This document shows positions 19,328 to 26,862 of a stretch of 64,000 nucleotides of DNA, piece after piece; position 1 is the stretch's first letter; each line of letters opens with the position of its first letter. Location of the stretch: assembly GCA_036154155.1 (NCBI GenBank), contig JAYZLP010000012.1, forward strand, positions 22,393 to 86,392, given 5' to 3'. Under the pieces are notes generated by a model that was not told the origin of the DNA, did no database searches, and worked only from the letters and a program-made list of their open reading frames with translations. The position numbers and the translations under genes were made by a program. Source of the stretch: Thermoplasmatota archaeon. Lineage in GTDB: Archaea; Thermoplasmatota; Poseidoniia; Poseidoniales; Thalassarchaeaceae.

Positions 19328-20764
19328 TCATGCCGAATGTATGGCGTGTCCAAGAGTCTTCAATACGCTCTCGTGGAAAGCCTCTGCCATTGTCGGGTGA
19401 GCGTGGACAGTTTCTGCAATGTCCTCCAATAGTGCGCCCATCTCCAAGGCCAGAACGAATTCCCCATGGAGCTCGGCCACATGACTGCCTACTGCCTGAA
19501 TTCCTAATATCACATGATCAGATTCTCTAGCCACAACTCTGACAAAACCCCCTGTCTTTTCCGCCTCGAGAGTTAGGGCTCTACCATTAGCAGCTAATGG
19601 GAACTTGCCGATAATTACGGACTCCCCCCTCTCTTCAGCCTCCTCTGGGAGGAGCCCAACAGAAACCACCTCTGGCTCGGTGAAGACGATAGCGGGAATT
19701 GAGATTTTGTCAAACTCCCTGTCAAGGCCGGAGATGATCTCCGCCACCATTTCGCCCTGTGCGCTAGCCTTGTGAGCCAGCATTGGCTCCCCAGAGACGT
19801 CCCCTATTGCATAAACTCCGGGAACATTAGTCCTACACTTCCTGTCTATCCTGATGAATCGCCCCGACGCATCCATCCTAACACCGGTCTTTTCTAGGCC
19901 CCAGTCACTCGTGTTCGGCTTCCTTCCAACCGTTACCAATATCTTGTCGACCTTCAGGGTGTGTTCCTCACCTTCCTTTTCGAACTTCAACTCGACCTTT
20001 TTCGAGGCTCCCTTGCCCTTAACTTCAGCCCCTCTGGCGAGGGACTTAGTATGAACGACAACCCCGTGCTTCTTTAGCCAAATTTCCAAGGGCCTCCTCA
20101 ATTCCTTGTCAAATATCCCAAGTATGCTATCCATGCCCTCCACGACAGTAACTTGAGAACCCAGTTTGGCCAGTGCGCAACCCAGCTCTAGGCCGATGTA
20201 TCCACCCCCGACAATGGCCACCTTTTTTGGCAGATTCTTGAGGTCCAGCGCCCCGGTTGAAGATAGAATGAATTCTTCATCACAAGGCATGAAAGGCAGG
20301 TCAATATGACTCGACCCAGTGGCTAGTATGACATTTTCAGCCTCAATTTCAATGGTGCCTTCTGAGGTTTCCACTGAGCACCTCTTGGGTGTTGTGAAAT
20401 TAGCCCAGCCCTTCAATAGTTCAACCCCCGCTCCCTTCAATAACGACTCAACACCTTTGTTTAGTCGCTCAACAATTCCATCCTTCCATGAAACCATGGC
20501 TGACATGTCCAGCATCGGCCCTTCAGTAACCGAGATGCCCATATGCCCTCCTTCCGATGCGTGCTGACTCAGGGACTCGAAACGCTCAGCAGCGTGAATC
20601 ATTGCCTTACTGGGGATACATCCTCTGATCAGACAAGTTCCTCCTGCCTTGTCTCCTTCAACAACTATCGTGTCCAGTCCCAGTTGACCAGATCTGATTC
20701 CAGCAACATAGCCACCTGGTCCAGCGCCGACGATGAGAACCTGACATTTTCTTAATTCAGCCAT
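19328..20764 (-). CDS. lpdA: Dihydrolipoamide dehydrogenase (E3)
   Basis: FAD motif VLIVGAGPGGYVAG and redox-active disulfide GGTCLIRGCIPSK. Length 478 aa. Confidence 0.9.
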   Translation of the reverse strand: MAELRKCQVLIVGAGPGGYVAGIRSGQLGLDTIVVEGDKAGGTCLIRGCIPSKAMIHAAERFESLSQHASEGGHMGISVTEGPMLDMSAMVSWKDGIVERLNKGVESLLKGAGVELLKGWANFTTPKRCSVETSEGTIEIEAENVILATGSSHIDLPFMPCDEEFILSSTGALDLKNLPKKVAIVGGGYIGLELGCALAKLGSQVTVVEGMDSILGIFDKELRRPLEIWLKKHGVVVHTKSLARGAEVKGKGASKKVELKFEKEGEEHTLKVDKILVTVGRKPNTSDWGLEKTGVRMDASGRFIRIDRKCRTNVPGVYAIGDVSGEPMLAHKASAQGEMVAEIISGLDREFDKISIPAIVFTEPEVVSVGLLPEEAEERGESVIIGKFPLAANGRALTLEAEKTGGFVRVVARESDHVILGIQAVGSHVAELHGEFVLALEMGALLEDIAETVHAHPTMAEAFHESVLKTLGHAIHSA

Positions 20765-20773
20765 GTTTAATCC

Positions 20774-22060
20774 TCACATGAAGATCAAGGCAGGATGCTC
20801 GAGCATCCTCTTTAGGTGCTGAATCAGCCTCGCGCCATCAGCCCCATCAACCACCCTGTGGTCGAACGAGCTTGACAAATTCATTATTCTCCGGACAACT
20901 ATCTGCCCACCTCTGGCCACCGGCATATCCCTTGCTTTGTGGACTCCTAGTATCGACATCTCGGGGTGGTTGATTATTGGAGTGGCACCAAGGCCACCCT
21001 CCCTTCCAAGACTCGTAATGGTGAATGTCGAACCCGTCAGGTCATCCAGACTTGCCGTGCCGTCTCTAGCTGCCCCTGAAACTCTGATTAGCTCACTGGC
21101 TGCATTCCATATGTCTAGGGACTCAACATGCTTAACGACAGGTACGTACAGTCCGCGATCGGTCTGAGTAGCAATTCCAAGATTGACCGCTGAATGCCTG
21201 TGCACAACTCCTGACTCGTCGTAGAAGTGGCCATTGCATTCCGGGTGTTCGGGCATAATCTTGGATAGTGCCAGCATGATGAATGGCAGATATGTCAGCT
21301 TCGGCTGTTCCGGGGTCCTGCTCGAATTCAGCATCTGACGTAACTCTTCAAGCTCAGTAACATCCACCTCCTCGAAATACGAGAAATGGGGAATGGAGAA
21401 GGCACTCTTAACCATCTGCTCTGAAATCTTCCTCCTAAGTCCCACGACCTTGACCTCGGTTACATCCGTTCTCTTAGTTGAATAGGCAGCTGGGGCAGCT
21501 CCCATCACCGCTCCTCCGCCAGCTAGGAATGCATCAATGTCAGCATGGCGAATCCTTCCAGCTGGGCCGCTACCATTGAGGCTAGACAACTCCACTCCCG
21601 ACTCCCGGGCCCTCCTACGCACCGCAGGACTAGCCAAAATAGCCCCGCCCTTCTTCTTGGTAGCAGCAGGGGCCTTGATCTCTGGAGCTGGAGGGGATAT
21701 CACCGGGGGTGCCGGCTCAGGGGCCCTTTCCACGGGCTCTGGTTCCGCAACGGGGACCTCCACTGGCTCCTCAGCCACCTCCTCCTCGACCTCCTCTGGC
21801 TTAACCTGGTTTCCCTCAGAATCGAATTCAACCAAGGTAGTTCCAACTGCTATCATATCCCCTACTTCACCACTCAGCGAGGAAACTATGCCATCAGTGG
21901 GGGACGGTATGGTCACTGTCGCTTTGTCCGTCATTACATCCACAAGAGGATCGTCCTCGGATACCTTGTCGCCCACGGAAACATGCCATGTTACAACTTC
22001 TCCCTCAACTACTCCCTCTCCAATATCTGGGAGCTTGAAATCGTAGTTTCCCATGCTCAT
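20774..22060 (-). CDS. Dihydrolipoamide acyltransferase (E2) of a 2-oxoacid dehydrogenase complex
   Basis: Lipoyl domain, Pro/Ala/Glu linker, E3-binding domain and catalytic SFDHRVVDGA motif. Start set at MSMGNYDFKLPDIGEG, whose ATG overlaps the E1-beta TGA (ATGA). Confidence 0.85.
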   Translation of the reverse strand: MSMGNYDFKLPDIGEGVVEGEVVTWHVSVGDKVSEDDPLVDVMTDKATVTIPSPTDGIVSSLSGEVGDMIAVGTTLVEFDSEGNQVKPEEVEEEVAEEPVEVPVAEPEPVERAPEPAPPVISPPAPEIKAPAATKKKGGAILASPAVRRRARESGVELSSLNGSGPAGRIRHADIDAFLAGGGAVMGAAPAAYSTKRTDVTEVKVVGLRRKISEQMVKSAFSIPHFSYFEEVDVTELEELRQMLNSSRTPEQPKLTYLPFIMLALSKIMPEHPECNGHFYDESGVVHRHSAVNLGIATQTDRGLYVPVVKHVESLDIWNAASELIRVSGAARDGTASLDDLTGSTFTITSLGREGGLGATPIINHPEMSILGVHKARDMPVARGGQIVVRRIMNLSSSFDHRVVDGADGARLIQHLKRMLEHPALIFM

Positions 22061-23067
22061 TCCTCCTGCGTCCTCGCGATCGCCGCGGCTATCCTGTCCG
22101 GTCCGGGCATGTAATCCCATTCAGTAGTATGGGGAAAAGGTGTGTCCCAACCCGTCACTCTTTCAATTGGCGACTCAAGGCTCCAGAAACATCTTTCTTG
22201 TATGGAAGCTGCCATTTCTGCCCCAAAACCGCTGGTTTTTGGAGCCTCGTGTACAATTACACAACGCCCAGTCTTCGTTATTGACTTCTCAATCGCTTCC
22301 CTGTCCCAAGGAACTAGGGTTTGAAGGTCTATTAGATCGCAGGAAATGCCACTATCTTTGATCGCCTGCTCGCAAACATGCACCATGGCGCCCCACGCAA
22401 TGACTGTGCAATCCTCGCCCTCAATCGCCAGACGCGCTTCCCCAAGTGGGACTGAATAGTGAGACTCAGGAACCTCGGCCTCCGGATGACCACTCCAGGT
22501 CGGAACATTGTGGGGATCCCCATAGAACGGCCCTCTGTAGCATCTCTTTGGCTCAAAGAAAATTACAGGGTCGTTGTCTTCAATTGCACTGATTAGGAGC
22601 CCCTTCGCGTTGTATGGTGTCGAGCAATAGACTACTTTGAGGCCCGGGGTGTGAGTGAATTGCGCTTCCGGGGACTGTGAGTGGTGATGTCCGCCCCTAA
22701 TTCCCCCTCCTGCTGGTGTCCTAATGGTGACTGGGCACCAGAACTCTCCCCCCGACCTGTGCCTGATCTTTGCCATCTCGTTTACAATCTGATCATAGGC
22801 AGGGAAGATGTAGTCTGCAAACTGAATTTCCACAACTGGTCGCAGTCCATTGATGCCCATCCCAAAGGCAGTAGCCGCAATCCCCCCCTCTGAGAGGGGA
22901 GAGTCGAAAACACGGTGCTTGCCGAACTTCTCCTGAAGGCCATCAGAAGTTCTGAATACCCCTCCGAAGTACCCTACGTCTTCCCCGAAAATGATTACAT
23001 CATCATCATTTGAAAGCATGGTGTCTAGGGCGCTGTTCACCGACTCAACCATATTCATGTTAGGCAT
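22057..23067 (-). CDS. 2-oxoacid dehydrogenase E1 component beta subunit
   Basis: Transketolase-like pyrimidine-binding and C-terminal domains (VIIFGEDVGYFGGVFRTSDGL...). Start at MPNMNM overlaps the E1-alpha stop (TAATG). Confidence 0.85.
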   Translation of the reverse strand: MPNMNMVESVNSALDTMLSNDDDVIIFGEDVGYFGGVFRTSDGLQEKFGKHRVFDSPLSEGGIAATAFGMGINGLRPVVEIQFADYIFPAYDQIVNEMAKIRHRSGGEFWCPVTIRTPAGGGIRGGHHHSQSPEAQFTHTPGLKVVYCSTPYNAKGLLISAIEDNDPVIFFEPKRCYRGPFYGDPHNVPTWSGHPEAEVPESHYSVPLGEARLAIEGEDCTVIAWGAMVHVCEQAIKDSGISCDLIDLQTLVPWDREAIEKSITKTGRCVIVHEAPKTSGFGAEMAASIQERCFWSLESPIERVTGWDTPFPHTTEWDYMPGPDRIAAAIARTQEE

Positions 23068-24308
23068 TATTCGTCCCTCCACTTCTTCATCTCGTCCCAT
23101 TGCTCTACTAGGTGCCATGGGGGACTCTCGTAGACTTCAGTGAAGATGGCGTCCGATGAGGGGTAAGGGCCATTTGCAAGATCGCCGAATTTTACTGCCT
23201 CTTTGTAAGCACTCATGACCTCCGAGTCTAGCCTCTCAGATAATTCCGCGTGATCTTCCTCAGACCATTCCTCGATACTAATTAGGTGGTCTTTCAACCT
23301 CTCAATTGGGTCTCCTCCCGGCCAATGCTCGTTTTCGTCCTGGGGCCTGTATCTGGATGGGTCGTCACTGCTGCTATGGGCCCCTGCTCGGTAGGTTAGA
23401 ACCTCTATGTGTGTAGCGCCCAGTCCCCTGGATGCCCTCTCTCTAGCCCACCTAGTTACTGAAAATAGTGCTAGGAAGTCATTCCCGTCAACCCTGATGC
23501 TTGGTATTCCGTAAGGTATGCCCCGGATGGCGAAATTTTGCAAACCGCTAGCGAAGTTACTGTGGGTCGAGATTGCCCATTGATTGTTTACAATGTTTAG
23601 AATTACGGGAGCTTTGAATATGCCAGCAAAATTCAGTGCGTAATGATAGTCGCCCTCTGCACTGGCCCCGTCCCCAATCCATGTAATTGTGACCTCATCA
23701 AGCTCCTTGTACCTAGAGGCCAGAGCAACACCTACTGCCTGGCTGAACTGAGTCCCGACGGGGCTTGAGACGGAGATGAACCTCCCTTCCTTGTAGGTGT
23801 AGTGGACCGGCATTTGCCGCCCCTTCACGTTATCCTTCTCGTTACCAATGCAATGGCAAATCATGCTTACCATGTCACGCCCCCTGACGAACTGAGCGCC
23901 GGGTTGCCGGTACGTAGGGAACAACCAATCCTGATTCTCCAGGGCCATTGTTTGTGCAATTGCCACTGCCTCCTCGCCAAAAGACCTCATGTAGAATGAA
24001 AGCTTGCCAGTACGCTGCATTTTCATCATCCTGTCGTCGAAAATACGTAGTCTCAGCATATGCTCAAGGCCCATTCTCAACTCTTCGGCAGAAAGCTCCG
24101 GATTCCACTTTCCTGAGGCACTGTTGTCGTCCCCCAGAACTCTGACTAGCCCCGTCGCATGACCCGAAGAATCCTCAGCCGAGCAATCGATCTCTAGCAT
24201 CTCGAGATCTTCCGGCTTCCAAGGCCAGTCTGCAAACTCCGCATCTTCTCCTGGCCTATGCGGCGCATCCGGGATATGTAGGGGGATGTCAGAATTGTCT
24301 TCGCCCAT
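23067..24308 (-). CDS. 2-oxoacid dehydrogenase E1 component alpha subunit (TPP-dependent)
   Basis: TPP-binding motif GDGASAEGDYHYALNFAG. Length 413 aa. Confidence 0.85.
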   Translation of the reverse strand: MGEDNSDIPLHIPDAPHRPGEDAEFADWPWKPEDLEMLEIDCSAEDSSGHATGLVRVLGDDNSASGKWNPELSAEELRMGLEHMLRLRIFDDRMMKMQRTGKLSFYMRSFGEEAVAIAQTMALENQDWLFPTYRQPGAQFVRGRDMVSMICHCIGNEKDNVKGRQMPVHYTYKEGRFISVSSPVGTQFSQAVGVALASRYKELDEVTITWIGDGASAEGDYHYALNFAGIFKAPVILNIVNNQWAISTHSNFASGLQNFAIRGIPYGIPSIRVDGNDFLALFSVTRWARERASRGLGATHIEVLTYRAGAHSSSDDPSRYRPQDENEHWPGGDPIERLKDHLISIEEWSEEDHAELSERLDSEVMSAYKEAVKFGDLANGPYPSSDAIFTEVYESPPWHLVEQWDEMKKWRDE

Positions 24309-24330
24309 GCTTCAATCACTCTCTCCTTGC

Positions 24331-25389
24331 TCATATTGTTTGGGTTTGGCCAATCTGATTTGTCTTCAGGTAGCTTACGGCTGAACCAGTCGACTCCCTT
24401 GTTACTACGGGTTCCCCACCTTTCGCCTCTTCCCAAAGCAGCCCCGCCCTGTAACTGGACCTAACTAGAGGTCCACTGGCAACAGCACTGAATCCCATTT
24501 CCCTAGCTTCCTTGTCCCATTTCGCGAATGTTGAGGGTTCGGGAAACCTGTCCACCTGGAGGTGTCTGTCGCCAGGCTGAAGGTACTGGCCTAGGGTAAT
24601 CATGTCCACTCCTGCAGAACGAAGCCTCATCATCGCTTCGGAAATCTCCTCGTCCGTTTCACCTAGGCCCACCATAATGCTGCTCTTTGTCAGGATGTCC
24701 GGCCTAATTCTCTTAGCCTCCATGAGGATGGAAATGGACTGTTCGAATGAAGCCCTGGGGTCTCTGACAACTGAGTCTAGCCTAGGCACACACTCAACGT
24801 TGTGCGCAAACACCTTCAGGGGCAGACCATCTAGTAGCATAGCAAGCGATTCTAAGTCCCCATCTAGGTCGGAAGAAAGCAATTCCAGCCCGACATCAGG
24901 AGACTTCTCATTAATGGCTTTGATACATTCAGCGTAATGATTCGCACCACCATCTGGCAGGTCATCCCTGTTCACAACAGTAATCACCGCGTGGCTCAAG
25001 CCCATTCTACTGACTGCATCCGCCAGAGAATCTGGCTCTGAAGGATCAAGTGGAGGGGGATTCTTAGCCGTGTCAATGGCACAGAACCTGCAACCACGAG
25101 TACAAATATCTCCAGCAATCATGAATGTCGCGGTGCCCCTGCCCCAACAGTCGTGAACATTAGGGCACCTAGCCTCTTCACAAACTGTATTCAGACCATT
25201 CTCAACTACCTGACTCTTTGTCTCATTGTACCTTACTTGGGAGGTGCCAACCGGGAGTGAAGTTTTGAACCACTTAGGCAGCCTCTTTCTCTCCCTAGAT
25301 CTCCTGGATTCTCTTTCTTCGGAGGGCACCGAGCCACATCCCATAGCACTATCCGCGGCATCCCTGACGAGTGGCAGGCGAGTGGCCAT
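24331..25389 (-). CDS. lipA: Lipoyl synthase
   Basis: Radical-SAM CTRGCRFCA motif plus the N-terminal auxiliary cluster motif CEEARCPNVHDCW. Confidence 0.9.
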   Translation of the reverse strand: MATRLPLVRDAADSAMGCGSVPSEERESRRSRERKRLPKWFKTSLPVGTSQVRYNETKSQVVENGLNTVCEEARCPNVHDCWGRGTATFMIAGDICTRGCRFCAIDTAKNPPPLDPSEPDSLADAVSRMGLSHAVITVVNRDDLPDGGANHYAECIKAINEKSPDVGLELLSSDLDGDLESLAMLLDGLPLKVFAHNVECVPRLDSVVRDPRASFEQSISILMEAKRIRPDILTKSSIMVGLGETDEEISEAMMRLRSAGVDMITLGQYLQPGDRHLQVDRFPEPSTFAKWDKEAREMGFSAVASGPLVRSSYRAGLLWEEAKGGEPVVTRESTGSAVSYLKTNQIGQTQTI

Positions 25390-25490
25390 CAGTTCCTTCG
25401 GATGGAGGTACGAAATTAACCATTCTCATGAGGGCCTCCTTGAGCCCGCCAAGAACAACCCGTAATAGGGGTGTGTTTCCTCGGGGCATC

Positions 25491-26252
25491 ATGTCTGGTG
25501 GCACCGTAGTTGTGACGGGCGGAGCAGCAAGGATAGGGAAGCATATCTCCTTGGCGCTGGCTAAGAGCGGTTTCTCAGTAGCAGTCCACTATTTTTCTTC
25601 CGAAAATGAAGCTAAGGAACTAGTATCGGAGATACAATCATCAGGTGGAAATGCCACTCACATACAGAGCGATTTGTCAAACCCCAAGTCAGCATCTGAG
25701 ATAATTTCCATTGCCGAGAATTCATTGGGCCCAGTCACCGGTCTAATCAACAATGCATCCATGTTTTCCCATGACGATATTACTACCATTTCGGAAGATT
25801 CATGGGCAGGTCACATGGAAGTCAATGCCCTCTCGCCAATATTGCTTATCGGGGAATTAGTTAGAAGATTGCCCGATGGAAATGGCGGCTCCATCGTTAA
25901 CATACTCGATCAGAAGGTCGCCCAGCCCAATCCAGATCATCTTTCGTATACTGCGTCAAGATTTGCGATGCTGGGAGTAACTGAGGCTTTAGCTAGGGGG
26001 TTGGCACCGAGAGTACGAGTCAACGCAGTGGCACCGGGTCACACGTTGCCTAGTTCTGAGCAGACCCAGGCGGGTTTCTCTAGGGCACAATCCGAGTCCC
26101 CGCTTGGATTTGGCCCCAGTCCGGATGACATAGCAGATGCCGTTGTATTCCTGATGAGCTCAAGGTCCATCACCGGCCAGACTATTTTCGTAGACTCGGG
26201 AGAGAGGTTTCTATCCCGAAAGAGAGACGTATTTTTCGAAACGGAGGGATAG
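25491..26252 (+). CDS. Short-chain dehydrogenase/reductase, pteridine reductase (FolM/PTR1)-like
   Basis: VVVTGGAARIGKHISLALAKSGFSVAVHY matches the FolM/PTR1 TGxxxRIG...V..HY signature. Start set at MSGGTVVV; the ORF track extends to 25371. Confidence 0.65.
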   Translation: MSGGTVVVTGGAARIGKHISLALAKSGFSVAVHYFSSENEAKELVSEIQSSGGNATHIQSDLSNPKSASEIISIAENSLGPVTGLINNASMFSHDDITTISEDSWAGHMEVNALSPILLIGELVRRLPDGNGGSIVNILDQKVAQPNPDHLSYTASRFAMLGVTEALARGLAPRVRVNAVAPGHTLPSSEQTQAGFSRAQSESPLGFGPSPDDIADAVVFLMSSRSITGQTIFVDSGERFLSRKRDVFFETEG

Positions 26253-26253
26253 G

Positions 26254-26658
26254 TTGAATTCACACACCGAGGCTCTCAGGGAGTTAGTAAGATCAGGGTC
26301 CAAAGAGTTCACCACTCTGTTTCTGGAGAACTCCGTCAGAGAGGTCGATATCGGGGTTCACGAGCATGAGATTGGAAACCCTCAGAAGATAAGTTTCGAT
26401 CTGTACGTAGTCATGGATGGCGCCTCCAAGCCGAAGGAAGACCAGATTGACATGGTTCTCGATTATGAGTTTCTTTCTTCTTCAATCGATAGAGTCGTTT
26501 CCAGAAGGAGGAGCGCCCTCATGGAGACGCTTGCATCCGAGCTGTTGAATGAGATAATGTCACCAGGAGAAATCGTCGCTGCCACAGTATCGCTGAAGAA
26601 GCTAGAAGTTGTCGGAATTGACGGCGAGTTAGGTTGCTCGATGACACGCATCAGGTGA
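26254..26658 (+). CDS. folB: Dihydroneopterin aldolase family protein (FolB/FolX-like)
   Basis: About 130 aa with the FolB pattern (LENSVREVDIGVHEHEIGNPQKISFDLYV...DYEFLSSSI...LASELLNEI). Lies immediately downstream of the FolM-like SDR. Confidence 0.6.
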   Translation: MNSHTEALRELVRSGSKEFTTLFLENSVREVDIGVHEHEIGNPQKISFDLYVVMDGASKPKEDQIDMVLDYEFLSSSIDRVVSRRRSALMETLASELLNEIMSPGEIVAATVSLKKLEVVGIDGELGCSMTRIR

Positions 26659-26659
26659 T

Positions 26660-26745
26660 TGGTGCAGAGGGCAGGATTCGAACCTGCGAAGCACTTTGCA
26701 CCGGAGCTTAAGTCCGGCCCCTTTGACCAACTCGGGTACCTCTGC
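26660..26745 (-). tRNA. tRNA-Leu(UAA): tRNA-Leu (anticodon UAA), class II with long variable arm, CCA encoded
   Basis: Reverse complement reads GCAGAGG-TA-CCC-GAGTTGGTCAAA-GGG-G-CCGGA-CTTAAGC-TCCGG-(long extra arm)-GCAGG-TTCGAAT-CCTGC-CCTCTGC-A-CCA. There is a 7-bp acceptor stem, anticodon loop CUUAAGC, a GGTTCGAATCC T-arm and discriminator A. Confidence 0.85.
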
Positions 26746-26862
26746 ACCCCCCGAGCACGGGTTCTACTCCTTGAATCGAGCGCTTTGGCAACCCTCAGAA
26801 CCGACATATCACGTGCCCTTAGGGCACGAACGCTTTAACGCCACTCCTGTGGGCGACAAGAC

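Noticed and set aside
21537-22114. Two long plus-strand ORFs (169 and 189 aa) antisense to the E2 gene
   Set aside because: They lie entirely inside the well-supported E2 coding region. Translations are low-complexity Ser/Gly/Thr/Leu strings produced by the GC-rich Pro/Ala/Glu linker read in the reverse frame.
24194-24436. 80-aa minus-strand ORF bridging lipA and the E1-alpha start
   Set aside because: It overlaps both well-supported genes in another frame. No motif.
26463-26807. 114-aa minus-strand ORF spanning the FolB 3' end and the tRNA-Leu
   Set aside because: It overlaps a well-formed tRNA gene and the FolB-like CDS. No start context or motif.
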